A stretch of DNA of 64,000 nt from Candidatus Velthaea sp. (GTDB lineage Bacteria; Vulcanimicrobiota; Vulcanimicrobiia; Vulcanimicrobiales; Vulcanimicrobiaceae). Of this stretch, positions 1-11,085 are shown piece after piece; position 1 is the first letter of the stretch; the number at the start of each line of letters is the position of its first letter. The notes beneath the pieces were generated by a model. The model had not been told where the DNA came from and did not search any database. It was given only the letters and a program-made list of their open reading frames with translations. A program made the position numbers and the translations under genes. The DNA is taken from positions 1-64,000 of the forward strand of contig CBDCCS010000004.1 in NCBI GenBank assembly GCA_965214935.1, written 5' to 3'.

Positions 1-2
1 CA

Positions 3-245
3 CTCGATGCGCGCGATGCAATTGCAGTCGTCGAGATCGCGCATCGCATCAAAGGCACCAGCGGCAGCATACATGCAATTCGTTTGCGCGATATCAGCGG
101 CAGCATTGAAGCCGACGCCAAAGCCCGCAATCCTCAATTCTCGAGCGAACCGCTCGCTGCGGTACACGCGGCAATCGAAAGCCTTGCCGCCGCGATCCGG
201 GTCGAAACCAGCGCACTGTCGACGCATAGTTACAGCGCGAATTAA
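3..245 (+). CDS. Hpt (histidine phosphotransfer) domain protein, 3' part only
   Basis: Frame starting at base 3 reads LDARDAIAVVEIAHRIKGTSGSIHAIRLRDISGSIE...SAN*. AHxIKGxS is the Hpt motif. Not in the ORF track because it runs off the window edge. Confidence 0.8.
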   Translation, partial: LDARDAIAVVEIAHRIKGTSGSIHAIRLRDISGSIEADAKARNPQFSSEPLAAVHAAIESLAAAIRVETSALSTHSYSAN

Positions 246-252
246 GCCCTTG

Positions 253-3200
253 CTACGAGTGCGGCGCGGCGAAGCGGCTGCGCTGATATTCTTGCAGTGA
301 ACGCGGCGGACCGGACTCCGACTCGAATGCCGTCACGAGTGCCGTCGCCGTGTCCAAACTCGTGAGGCAAGCGATCGAAGCTTCGACCGCGGCGCGCCGG
401 ACCCGGTAGTGGTCGGCGATTCCGCGTGCACCAAGCGCGTCGTTGATCACTAAATCAACGTCGCGCCGGGTGATCAAATCGAGCACGTGCGGCGAACCGT
501 CGCTGATCTTATTAACGTATTCCGCGCCGATTCCGGCTGCCGTCAGCCAGGCATGAGTGCCGGGCGTTGCAACGAGCGTGTTACCCAGTGCGACGAGCCG
601 CCGCATGAGCGATTGCGCACCTGCGCGTTCGGCATCCGAGATCGAGACGAGAACGCGGCCGCCGTCACGCGGTAGACGAATGCCCGCCCCGATGAAACCT
701 TTGCGCAGCGCACCGGCGTAGGTCGCGTCGATGCCGAGCACTTCCCCCGTCGACTTCATTTCCGGTCCCAAGATCGTCTCGACGCCGCGCATCTTAGCGA
801 ACGAAAATACCGGCACTTTCACGACGGTGAACTCGGCCCGCGGTGCTAGGCCGATGCCGAACGGCATGTCGCGCAGCCGTTCCCCTAGAGCAATGCGCGT
901 CGCCGCCGCGACGATGTTCACCCCCGTCGCCTTGGAGATGATCGGCACGGTGCGGCTCGCGCGCGGGTTGGCTTCGATGATGAACAGTTCGTTGCTCGAA
1001 CACGACGAACTGAATATTGATCAACCCGCGAATGCCGTAGCTCGCGCGCGATTCGCGTGCGTGACGTCGACGATGCGCCGTTCCATCGACGCGGCGAAAC
1101 CGTTTGCGTCGGATACACGCTGATCGAGTCGCCGGAGTGGATGCCCGCCCGCTCGACATGCTCGAAGATGCCCGGGAATGAGAATGTCCTCGCCGTCAAA
1201 CACCGCGTCGACTTCGACTTCCAGACCGCGCAGATACTTATCGACTAGCATAGCGGCGCACCGGGCGTTGGCGGCGGCGCCGAGCCGATATATGATGCCA
1301 GCTGGCCTTCGTTGTAGACGATTTCCATGCCGCGACCACCCAGCACGTACGACGGCCGCACGAGCACCGGGAAGCCGAGTTCACGCGCGATGACCCGCGC
1401 TTCGCGGAACGTGCGTGCCGCGCGGCCCTGCGGGCGCGCCACGCCCAGGCGCGTCAAGCGCGGCGTCAAACTTCTCGCGGTCTTCGGCCATATCGAGCGA
1501 CGTACGCGATCGCTGCCGATGATCGTCACCCCGCGCCGCGGTAAGTTCGTCGGCCAGATTGATCGCCGTTTGACCGCCGAAGGCCAACATCACGCCGCGC
1601 GCGCGCGTCGCGCGAAACGCGGCCTCGACTTCGTCGGCGCCGGGCGGCTCGAAGATCGAGCACGTCGGAAATATCAAAGTCGGTCGACACCGTTTCGGGA
1701 TTGTTGTTGATCACGACGGGCGAACAGCCGGCTTCGCACGCAAGCGCCCACGCCGCATGCACGCACGAATAGTCAAATTCGATGCCTTGGCCGATACGGA
1801 TTGGCCCGCTGCCGACGACGACGACGGCTTCGTGCGGCGGCGGCACGCATCTCATCCGCTTCGCCGCGTGACAAATAATAGTACGGCGATACCGCGGCCG
1901 GAAATTCGGCCGCCTGCGGTGTCGACCATGCGGAATTCGCCGGTGTTGCCGGCGCACCGAAGCCGACCGGCGCTGCCGCACAGCGCTCGCGATGCCGCGC
2001 AAACTATAGCCGGCCGCGATTGCGCCGCGCCGATCAAATCGTCCGGCAGCGGTGCCGCCGCGCGGGCTGCGCGCAAGCCGTTCTTCGAGCGCGACGAGTT
2101 CGGCTCAATTCCCACAACCAAAAGCGGTCGATGGTCGAAAGGGCATGCAGTTCATCGATCGCGCGCCCGCGGCGCAGCAGTTCGGCGACGGCAAATAAAC
2201 GTTCGTGCGTCGGTGTGACGAGGATTCGCTCGAGTTCGTCGCTGCTCCAATCAGCGAACGTGTTCCCCGTCAGCGTCTCGAATTTGAGATCGAGGCCGCG
2301 TACGGCTTTCATGAACGCAGCTTTGAACGTGCGTCCCGATGCCCATCGCTTCGCCCGTGGACTTCATCTGCGTTCCGAGCCGCGTGTCGGCCAGCGGGAA
2401 CTTATCGAACGGCCAGCGCGGGAATTTAACGATGCAATAATCTAACGTCGGCTCGTATGCGGCCTTGGTGACACCGGTAACCGGATTGGCGATTTCGTCG
2501 AGTGTTTGGCCGAGCGCAATCTTCGTTGCAATTTTGGCGATCGGATAGCCGGTAGCTTTTGAGGCCAGCGCCGAACTGCGCGACACGCGCGGGTTCACTT
2601 CGATGATTTGATATTCGTTACGATCGGGATGCAACGCAAACTGGATGTTGCAACCGCCTTGCACGTTGAGCGCGCGAATGACGTTGATGCTCGATGTGCG
2701 CAGCATTTGAAAATCGAGATCCGATAGCGTCTGCGAGGGCGCGACGACGACGGAATCGCCGGTATGCACGCCGACCGGATCGATGTTCTCCATGTTGCAA
2801 ACGATGATGCAATTGTCGGCCCGGTCGCGCAGAACTTCGTATTCGATCTCTTTCCAGCCGAGCAGCGACGTCTCGACCAGCGCTTGATGGATGATGCTGA
2901 CCTGCAGTCCGGTCGCTAAGGTCGCGCGCAACTCGGCCTCAGAGTAGACGAGTCCGCCGCCGGTGCCGCCCAGCGTGTACGCCGGACGGACGATGAGCGG
3001 ATAGCTTTGCAGATCGGCAAAGGCCACCCCGGCTTCGATGTCCGTTACGATGACGCTCGCGGGAACGGGCTCACCGATCTCGATCATCTTGGCTTTGAAG
3101 CGCTCGCGATCTTCAGCCAGCTTGATCGTCTCGAGCGGCGTGCCGAGTAACTCGACGTCGTACTTTGCAATGACGCCCGCTTCGGAAAGTTCGACCGCCA

Positions 3201-3480
3201 GGTTCAGGCCGGTTTGTCCGCCCAACGTCGGGAGCAACGCATCCGGCCGCTCGCGTGCGATGATACGCTCGAGCGACGCTACCGTTAACGGCTCGAGATA
3301 CACGGCGTCGGCGACCTCGGGATCCGTCATGATCGTCGCCGGATTCGAGTTGACGAGGATGACCCGCAGGCCTTCCTCGCGCAGCGCACGGCATGCTTGA
3401 ACGCCGGCGTAGTCAAACTCAGCGGCTTGCCCGATGATGATCGGGCCGGAGCCGATCACCAGAACGGTACGCCGGGACAT
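253..3480 (-). CDS. carB: Carbamoyl-phosphate synthase large subunit, broken by several frameshifts between ~930 and ~2350 (probably sequence errors)
   Basis: ORF pieces carry [93 protein letters not shown] and an MGS-like tail. The 3228-nt span matches a full-length CarB. Confidence 0.93.
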
Positions 3481-3539
3481 ACCGGCTAACGATTGCCCGT
3501 GCGAACGTGGAGTCCCTCGCATGGCGGGACGAGGAGTGC

Positions 3540-3737
3540 TTGAACGACTCTAGCCGAGATTTTCCGCTACGCGTCGTTCGGACGATCGTCGCCGGCGCAG
3601 TAACGCTGCTCGTTCCGACGACGGTCGCCGCGACGCAATCGCGCGTGTTTCTTGCGCTGGCGGTACTGGAAACCGCCGTTCTGGCGATCGCGACGGCGTA
3701 CGCCGTGTACCTCGGGATTTATCGTTATCAGCGCTAA
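3540..3737 (+). CDS. Small membrane protein with two predicted TM segments (~65 aa)
   Basis: GAGGAG SD before TTG at 3540; two hydrophobic segments followed by a basic tail (YRYQR). Confidence 0.55.
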   Translation: MNDSSRDFPLRVVRTIVAGAVTLLVPTTVAATQSRVFLALAVLETAVLAIATAYAVYLGIYRYQR

Positions 3738-5100
3738 GGACGGTGACCGCACGCTCGTGCGCGACGTCGGTCTGCGCGGCGCCGTTGCGCTCAACACGAT
3801 CGCGATGGTCGGCGTCGGACCGCTCATCACCATCCCGCTCGTGCTCGGCTTTTTACACGGACCATTGTCGCTGGCGGGCTGGATCCTCGGCGCGTTGCTC
3901 GCGCTGTGCGATGGGTTGGTGTGGAGCGAACTCGGCGCGTTGTATCCCGGCTCGGGCGGTACGTACGGCTACGTACGCTCGATTTTCGGCGAAACGCGAG
4001 CCGGATCGTTGCTCGCATTTATGTTCGCTTGGCAAACGTTATTTGCAGCGCCCCTCAATCAGGCCGTCGGCTACATCGGGTTAGCAAACTACACGGGGTA
4101 TCTCGTGCCGGCGATTGCATCGGGCTGGGCGCTCAAAGCAGTCGCCGTTGCGTTCGGATGCGCGACGCTTGCGACACTGTATCGCGGCATCACCACGATC
4201 GCGCGCGCCGGCTTCGTCATGGCCTGTATCGTCATCGTGACGCTGTTGTGCGTGATCGTTGCGGCCTACGCGCACCTTAACGCGGCGCAAGTCGCAACGC
4301 TGCCGCGTGACTCGCTGTGGGACGGTTTGCGGGCGGGTCTCGGTCAGGGGCTGCTCATCGCGATCTACGACTATCTCGGTTACAATGCGGCAAGTTCGAT
4401 CGGCGCCGAAGTGCGTTCACCGGCTCGCACGCTGCCGCTGTCGATCTTGCTTTCAATCGTTATCGTTGCAGTGCTGTACGTCGTGCTGCAGATCGGCGTG
4501 CTGGGTGCTATTGCCTGGCCGGCAATCGTGCCGCGACCCGACGGCTCGCTGCCGCCGCTCGGGCAACACCTCGCGTCGGCGCTCGTCGAGCGCAGCTTCG
4601 GCGCGCCGGCAGCCAGCGTCGTCACCGCGCTCATTATCGTTAGTGCATTCGCGTCGATGTTCGCAAACTTGCTGGGCTATTCGCGCATCCCCTACGCCGC
4701 GGCATGCGACGGACTTTTCTTGCGCGCGTTCGCGCACGTAAACCGCAAACACCGCTTTCCCGATGTTTCGCTGCTCGTCATCGGGTTGCTGGCGTTACCG
4801 GCGTGTTTGCTGTCGCTCGATCAAGCGTTCAACGCCTTGACCACCGGAATGGTGCTCGTTCAATCGGTCGCGCAGATCGTTGCCCTTGCAGCGATTCGCC
4901 GGCGTGGAATCAGCTCGCCGTATCGGATGTGGCTGTATCCGGTGCCGGCCCTCGTCGCCCTGGCCGGCTGGCTCTTTGTGTTCGTCAGCGCGGGCGGCGC
5001 AGCAGTCGTTTTCGGCTGCTTGACGTTAGCACTCGGTGCAGCGGTATTTTTCTTACGCGCGGCGCGCACGCACAGTTGGCCGTGGCATTCACGGTTGTAA
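3727..5100 (+). CDS. APC-family amino acid permease (start uncertain: ATC 3727 or GTG 3757)
   Basis: RDVGLRGAVALNTIAMVGVGPLITIP, ELGALYPGSGGTY and SRIPYAAACDG motifs; about 12 hydrophobic segments. Confidence 0.88.
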   Translation: MSAKDGDRTLVRDVGLRGAVALNTIAMVGVGPLITIPLVLGFLHGPLSLAGWILGALLALCDGLVWSELGALYPGSGGTYGYVRSIFGETRAGSLLAFMFAWQTLFAAPLNQAVGYIGLANYTGYLVPAIASGWALKAVAVAFGCATLATLYRGITTIARAGFVMACIVIVTLLCVIVAAYAHLNAAQVATLPRDSLWDGLRAGLGQGLLIAIYDYLGYNAASSIGAEVRSPARTLPLSILLSIVIVAVLYVVLQIGVLGAIAWPAIVPRPDGSLPPLGQHLASALVERSFGAPAASVVTALIIVSAFASMFANLLGYSRIPYAAACDGLFLRAFAHVNRKHRFPDVSLLVIGLLALPACLLSLDQAFNALTTGMVLVQSVAQIVALAAIRRRGISSPYRMWLYPVPALVALAGWLFVFVSAGGAAVVFGCLTLALGAAVFFLRAARTHSWPWHSRL

Positions 5101-6088
5101 GTGAATGGGTACGTAGCGCGTATGCATGTGCCAGCACGGGCTCGGATCGCCGTACTCGATGATTACCAGGGCGTCGCGCGATCGATGGCCGATTGGTCGA
5201 GCATTGACGAGCGCGCCGATGTTACGGTGTTTCGCGATCACGTAAGCGACGCCGAAGCGATCGTTGCCCGACTCGCGCCGTTCGATGCCGTCTGCGTCAT
5301 GCGCGAGCGCACGCCGCTAACGCGCGCGCTTATCGAACGGCTGCCGCGCTTGCAGCTTATCGCCTCGACCGGTCCTGCGAACGCTTCGATCGATCGATCT
5401 TGCCGCAGCCCAAGCGCAGGGCATCCGTGTCACGCACACCGGCTATACGTCGCACGGCGCAATCGAGTTAACTTGGGCGCTCATTCTTGCCGCCGTACGG
5501 CGCATTCCGGCCGAAGCGGCTGCACTGCGCGCGGGCGGTTGGCAAACCGGCGTCGGCGGCGACTTGAACGGCCGTACGCTGGGCATCGCCGGTTTGGGCC
5601 GCATCGGCTCGAAAAGCGCGCAGATCGGGCAGGCGTTCGACATGAACGTGATTGCATGGAGCGAAAACCTTACCGCCGAACGCGCGGCGGCCGCCGGCGT
5701 ACAGTTGGTGACGAAAGAGACGCTGCTGCGCGAAGCCGATATTCTGAGCGTCCATCTCGTTTTAAGCGAACGCACGCGCGAGATTTTCGGCGCGAGCGAT
5801 TTTCCATTGATGAAACCGACGGCATGGTTCGTCAACACGTCGCGCGGTCCGCTCGTCGATGAAAGCGCGCTGGTCGACGCCTTGGAACGTAAGCTCATCG
5901 CCGGCGCGGCGCTCGACACGTTCGCAGCCGAACCCTTACCGCCCGATCACCCGTTCCGCACGTTGCCCAACGTCGTGGCAACGCCGCACGTCGGTTTCGT
6001 CACACGCCAAACCTACGCGACGTTCTTCGGCGATACGGTCGGTCATCTCACAACGTGGTTAAACGAACGCGAGAAGCCGGCGATGTAA
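5101..6088 (+). pseudogene. D-2-hydroxyacid dehydrogenase family, frameshifted at a (CGAT)3 repeat at 5387-5398
   Basis: N-part RIAVLDDYQG...MRERTP...NASID. C-part GLGRIG, VNTSRGPLVDE, ATPHVGFVT. Removing one CGAT unit joins the frames (NASIDLAAAQAQGIRVTHTG). Confidence 0.85.
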
Positions 6089-6227
6089 CCGAAGCGCGCG
6101 CGGCGGTTCAGCACCGCATTAGGTCTGCCCGCGTCAAGACGTGAGGCCGATCGGCTCAACGCTGTTCGGGAAAGGCGTGAGATCATCCGGCTCGACAACT
6201 CCACGCTTCTCGCGAGGTCTTTGGTTG

Positions 6228-7706
6228 ATGCTTTTCCCGCTTCTCCTTGCAACGGCGATCGCTTTGCAGCCGGTTACCGCGCCTCAAGCGACATCGCTAC
6301 AGCCGATCAATACCGATCCGCTGAACAATCCGACAAGCATGCACCGAACCGAAGTGGGTGCGGTTATCGGCAGCAACGGCAGCGTCGAAGTCAGTTCGAT
6401 GCTCGTCGGGCGCAATTACGGCGACGCGGCTCCGGCAATGGGTTTGAGCGTCTTGACGCCCTTCGGTGTTGCGTCGGGGCTGCTGCCCGGGCTTACCAAA
6501 AATCAAACTCCGGCCGGACCGTACGACGCGGTTACGTTTCCGTCCGTTGCGTGGAATAGCGCCTATCGAACTTGGCTCATTTCCGTTCTGCCGATTACCG
6601 GCGATCCGAACGGCAACGATACGACGCACGCACCGGTGGTCTTACGCTCGGGTGACGGCCTTCACTGGACGACACCGCAGCCGATTGCGCCCGATGTTGC
6701 ACGGCCGGAGAAAAATTTGCTGACGTGCGACAACAATTTCGGCAGCAGCCGCTACTTTGGAAATTGTTATGTTGTCTGGGACGATAATGATAACAACGAT
6801 CTTTTTCACGCGAACGTGTCGAACGACGGCGGCCGAACCTGGGCAACGACGCAAAATGCGGCTGATAATCACTCGGCATACGGAGCTTTCCCCGTCGTAC
6901 AACCGAACGGCACCGTTGTCGTCAGCTCCGAAGATTATTCAGGCTACGACGGCGAAGCGGCAAACCTTATCTCGTTCGTCTCAACGAACGGCGGAAAAAC
7001 GTGGAGCGGCGCCGGCGAGATAGCGCAGTTGCAAGCGCATCAAGTTGCGGCAAACATGCGCACGCAAGCGCTCCCGTCGAGCGCCGTTGCATCGAATGGC
7101 ACCATCTACACGGTTTGGCAAGATTGCCGCTTTCGAGCGAACTGCTCTGCGAACGACATCGTCTTGACGACCTCGACCGACGGCACCGCTTGGACCGCCC
7201 CCGCGCGCATCCCGCTGGATCCCGTCACCAGCGGCGTCGACCACTTTCTGCCGTCGATCAGCATTCAATCTCACGGCTTCTTTGCGCCGTCGATCGCCCT
7301 AACGTATTATTACTTTGCGCAAGCCAACTGCGCAGTTGCGACCTGTTTGCTGTATGCGGCGACCTCGATATCGAACAACGGCGGAGCGACCTGGTCGTCG
7401 CCGACGCAACTGGCAGGGCCGATGAATGTAGCGTGGCTACCGCTGACGAGCGCGGGTTACATGGTCGGCGATTACTTCACATCCGTCCTAACGCCGAACG
7501 GCCTGTATGCTCCGCTTGACGTTGCGGCCGCGCCGAACGGCTCGACCTATAACGAAGCGACGTACCTACCCGTGAGTTGTTTTTTCCGCTGCAATTCCGC
7601 CGCCACACCGGCAACGGGCGAACGCCGCGTGATGTCTGCGGGCCGCCTTCAACGCGCGCGGCCGGCGCCCCGCATGCACCGGCAGACGAAACGCAGTCCC
7701 TTGTAG
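6228..7706 (+). CDS. Secreted sialidase-like (BNR/Asp-box) beta-propeller protein
   Basis: Signal peptide MLFPLLLATAIALQP; Asp-box repeats SGDGLHW, SNDGGRTW, STNGGKTW, STDGTAW, SNNGGATW. Confidence 0.8.
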   Translation: MLFPLLLATAIALQPVTAPQATSLQPINTDPLNNPTSMHRTEVGAVIGSNGSVEVSSMLVGRNYGDAAPAMGLSVLTPFGVASGLLPGLTKNQTPAGPYDAVTFPSVAWNSAYRTWLISVLPITGDPNGNDTTHAPVVLRSGDGLHWTTPQPIAPDVARPEKNLLTCDNNFGSSRYFGNCYVVWDDNDNNDLFHANVSNDGGRTWATTQNAADNHSAYGAFPVVQPNGTVVVSSEDYSGYDGEAANLISFVSTNGGKTWSGAGEIAQLQAHQVAANMRTQALPSSAVASNGTIYTVWQDCRFRANCSANDIVLTTSTDGTAWTAPARIPLDPVTSGVDHFLPSISIQSHGFFAPSIALTYYYFAQANCAVATCLLYAATSISNNGGATWSSPTQLAGPMNVAWLPLTSAGYMVGDYFTSVLTPNGLYAPLDVAAAPNGSTYNEATYLPVSCFFRCNSAATPATGERRVMSAGRLQRARPAPRMHRQTKRSPL

Positions 7707-7710
7707 CGGA

Positions 7711-8358
7711 CTACGGCGAAAGGCGTTCGATGAGCCACGCACCCGTTGCGCGATCGCGCCGGTACAAAATGCGATCGTGCACGCGATTGCGGCGACCTTG
7801 CCAAAACTCGAAGCGGGCGGCTCTAACGCGATAGCCGCCCCAATACTCGGGCCGCGGGACGTCGTCGCCGGCGAAACGCGCGTCGAACAGTGCCATCTCG
7901 TTTTCGAGGTACGCGCGATCGGCAACGACTGCACTTTGCCGCGAAGCCCACGCGCTCAAGCGATGACCGCGCGGGCGCTTCGCAAAGTACTCGTCCGATT
8001 CGCCCCCGCTCAAGCGTTCCACCGACCCTTCGATACGTATTTGCTGTTCGAGTGCCGCCCAATAGAAGAGCACGGCTGCCCGCGGCGTGTGCGAGATTTC
8101 GTGGCCTTTTTGACTTTCGTAGTTTGTGAAAAAGACGAAGCCGCGTTCGTCCCAGCCGCGCAGGAGCACCACCCGTGCCGATGGCTGCCCGTCGATTCCG
8201 ACCGTGGCGACCGTCATGGCGTACGGCTCGATCAAGTCGGCTGCGAGCGCCGCATCGAATTGCGTGCGAAACTGCTCGAACGGATTCTGCGCAACGCCGG
8301 CGATATCGAGTGCGCCGCGTTCGTAGCTGATGCGCGCTTGCGAAAGATCTTGACTCAT
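7711..8358 (-). CDS. pdxH: Pyridoxamine 5'-phosphate oxidase
   Basis: PSARVVLLR, FFTNYESQKG, AWASRQS and EFWQGRRNRVHDR signature. Confidence 0.95.
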   Translation of the reverse strand: MSQDLSQARISYERGALDIAGVAQNPFEQFRTQFDAALAADLIEPYAMTVATVGIDGQPSARVVLLRGWDERGFVFFTNYESQKGHEISHTPRAAVLFYWAALEQQIRIEGSVERLSGGESDEYFAKRPRGHRLSAWASRQSAVVADRAYLENEMALFDARFAGDDVPRPEYWGGYRVRAARFEFWQGRRNRVHDRILYRRDRATGAWLIERLSP

Positions 8359-8435
8359 CGGCTCGAGATTCCGGACAGACGTGCGCAGATCATACCGAGC
8401 TTCGACGTCGAGCGGACCGGCGGCGTTGCGCGAAG

Positions 8436-9359
8436 CTAAGGAAAACGTCCGAGACCAAACGCGCCGACGGTCACCAGCATAAGAATCGTACCGGATGCGA
8501 CCGCCAGCGGAAACGATGCATCGATGCGGCGGCGCTCGTACGACGACGCGTGTGCAAGTTCGCTCAAACGTGCGCGCAAGCTGCCGGCGTCCGCGACGCG
8601 CGCGTACGCGCCGTGCCCGCTTTGCGCGACCGCCCGCAAGGCGGTTTCGTCGAGATCGGCAGGTTCGTTCGTGCCCGGGATGAGCAGGCCGCTGCCGCTG
8701 GTGCCGATGCCGACCGTATCGATAAGCGTTCCGGCTTGACCGATGGCCGGCGCGACGGTCTGTGGATCGCGGCCTGCATTGTTCACGCCGTCGGTGACCA
8801 GCACGATCGCCCGATGCTTGACATGCGGCAAACTCGCTGCGGCAAGTTCGAGCGCATCGCCGATTGCGGTCCCGCCGTTGGGCGGCGGAACGCGGTCGAG
8901 CGAGTCGCGTACGGCATCTTTGTCGTCGCTAGCCGGCATGACAACTTCGGCACTGGATGAAAACGCCACGACCGAGATCCGCGTGCCGGCCGGGACGCTA
9001 TCGATAAAAGCACGCGCCGCCTGCAGCGCGGCTTGGGCGCGGGTCGGCTCGACGTCGGTTGCCGACATCGAACCCGATGTGTCGATGCACAACGCGACGG
9101 CGCCGTCGCGCACGCTCACGGGCGCCGTCAGATGCGGACCGGCCAACGCCACCCCGAGGCAGGCGGCTGCAAAAAGCCAAACGCTGCCGAAGACGGCCGG
9201 CCACGGGACGCGCGGCGCCGCGGCGGCGGCAAGAAAATCGAGGTTCGAGTAGGTGAGCGCGTCGGCGCTGCGCCGGCGTGCGAACGCGCGCAGTAACGCC
9301 AGCAGCACCATTAGCCCGACGGCCGTCAGGGCCAGGACGATCGGGTGCGTGAAGCTCAT
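8436..9359 (-). CDS. Membrane-anchored vWA domain protein (BatA-like)
   Basis: N-terminal TM pair; MIDAS motif CIDTSGSM, GGTAIGDAL, LVTDG; C-terminal TM segment. Confidence 0.9.
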   Translation of the reverse strand: MSFTHPIVLALTAVGLMVLLALLRAFARRRSADALTYSNLDFLAAAAAPRVPWPAVFGSVWLFAAACLGVALAGPHLTAPVSVRDGAVALCIDTSGSMSATDVEPTRAQAALQAARAFIDSVPAGTRISVVAFSSSAEVVMPASDDKDAVRDSLDRVPPPNGGTAIGDALELAAASLPHVKHRAIVLVTDGVNNAGRDPQTVAPAIGQAGTLIDTVGIGTSGSGLLIPGTNEPADLDETALRAVAQSGHGAYARVADAGSLRARLSELAHASSYERRRIDASFPLAVASGTILMLVTVGAFGLGRFP

Positions 9360-10150
9360 TGCAACCCGAACGCGCGCTCGAGCGACGCGCGGCCGTCTTC
9401 GGCCGACAGACTGCCGACCCGCCAGCCGGCGCCCGAAAACTGCGCCAGCAGCGCCGTCTCACGCGCCGCGACCGCACGTACGAAACGGGCGCGCTCGCGC
9501 GCACCGAAGTACATGACGCGCGTTCGGCCGGTCTCAGCATCGCGCATGCGCTGCAACCCGCGCAACGGCAAGCCGTCATGCCACGGATCGCGAGCGAGCA
9601 ACACCGTTGCATCGCACCGCGCTGCAACCCGCGCTAGGACATCGGCATCCCGCTGCGTCGCGAAATCGTAACCGTCGGTCACGAGCAACAGCGACGTCCC
9701 GCGCGCTAACACGCGCGCCGCGAATTGTAACACGGCCGGCAGATCGAACGTCGCCGCCGGCATCACGTGCAGCGCCGCGCGGCGGCCGGTCACGATACGC
9801 CCGTCGACGATACGTCCGACCCGATCGTCATTTTGCGCGGCATCGAACCACGCACGGACGGCAGCGTCGCGCGCATCGCTGAGCCGGTGCCGGCGGCCGA
9901 CGTGCATCGACGCCGACGTATCGCTTATCGCCGCAAGCATGAGCGATGTCTCTTCAAGATAGACGCGCGTTTGCAACCCGCCGCCGCGCGCGCTCGCCGC
10001 CCAATCGACCCGCCGCGGATCGTCGCCTTCAATATAGGCGCGCAACTGGGCGAACTCGTAACCGTCGCCGGCGCGCGGCGAACGAACGCCGTCGCCGCGG
10101 CGCCGCGTGCGGCGCGCGCCGCGCACGATCGCATCGCGCAACGCACTCAC
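9356..10150 (-). CDS. DUF58 domain protein
   Basis: GDGYEFAQLRAYIEGDDPRRVDWAASAR and DTSASM; GTG start overlaps the moxR stop. Confidence 0.88.
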   Translation of the reverse strand: MSALRDAIVRGARRTRRRGDGVRSPRAGDGYEFAQLRAYIEGDDPRRVDWAASARGGGLQTRVYLEETSLMLAAISDTSASMHVGRRHRLSDARDAAVRAWFDAAQNDDRVGRIVDGRIVTGRRAALHVMPAATFDLPAVLQFAARVLARGTSLLLVTDGYDFATQRDADVLARVAARCDATVLLARDPWHDGLPLRGLQRMRDAETGRTRVMYFGARERARFVRAVAARETALLAQFSGAGWRVGSLSAEDGRASLERAFGLQ

Positions 10151-11085
10151 GGCGCTGCGACGCCGGCAATGATGTCGCGTACGACCGTCTCGGTCGACAC
10201 GTCGTCGGCGACGAGCCGGTAGTCGAAGGCGAGGCGATGCCGCAGCACCGCCGGCGCAAGATCGCGGACGTCGTCGGGCGTCACATACCGCCGGTCGTCC
10301 AAATATGCGCGTGCCCGGGCGAGCGTGGCCAGTGCAAGCGCCGCACGCGGCGAAGCGCCGTGATCGACATACCGTGCGCCGCGCGTTGCGCGCACGACGT
10401 CGACGATGTAATCGCGCACGCGGTCGTCGAGAAACACGTCGCGCGCCGCAACTTGCCAAGCGCGCACGTCATCGAGCGTGGCGACGCCGGTACGCAGCGC
10501 AATATCGTGCGTTCCGTAGCGGTTAACGATTTCGCGTTCTTCGCTCAGCGACGGATACGCGACGACGACCTTGGCCAGGAAGCGGTCGAGTTGTGCGAGC
10601 GGCAGCGCGTACGTGCCGTCGCCGTCGAGCGGATTCATCGTTGCGAGCACGGCAAACGGTAATGGAAAATCATGGGTTTCGAGGCCGATCGTCGCGCGCC
10701 GTTCTTGCATGCCCTCGAGCAGCGCCGACTGCACTTTAGCCGGTGCGCGATTGATTTCGTCGGCCAGCACGATGTTGGCAAAGATCGGACCGCGGACCGT
10801 TCGAAACTCACTGTTGCGCTGATCGAAGATGCGCGTGCCGACGATATCGCCGGGCAGCAGGTCGGGTGTAAACTGAATGCGTTTGAACGTCCCGCCGATC
10901 GCCGCCGCCAAGGCCCGGCACGCAAGGGTTTTCGCGACGCCCGGAGCGCCTTCGAGCAGCACGTGGCCACCGGCGATCAGCGCCAGAACGAGCGCGTCGA
11001 CGGCATCGGTTTGACCGACGATCGTTTGACCGATTGCCCGCGCGACGTCGCGCGGCCGCACCCGAGCGCCGTCTAACGTGTCCAC
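10147..11085 (-). CDS. moxR: MoxR-family AAA+ ATPase
   Basis: Walker A GAPGVAKT, RIQFTPDLLPGDIVG, LADEINRAPAKVQSALLE, LAQLDRF. Confidence 0.93.
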   Translation of the reverse strand: MDTLDGARVRPRDVARAIGQTIVGQTDAVDALVLALIAGGHVLLEGAPGVAKTLACRALAAAIGGTFKRIQFTPDLLPGDIVGTRIFDQRNSEFRTVRGPIFANIVLADEINRAPAKVQSALLEGMQERRATIGLETHDFPLPFAVLATMNPLDGDGTYALPLAQLDRFLAKVVVAYPSLSEEREIVNRYGTHDIALRTGVATLDDVRAWQVAARDVFLDDRVRDYIVDVVRATRGARYVDHGASPRAALALATLARARAYLDDRRYVTPDDVRDLAPAVLRHRLAFDYRLVADDVSTETVVRDIIAGVAAP

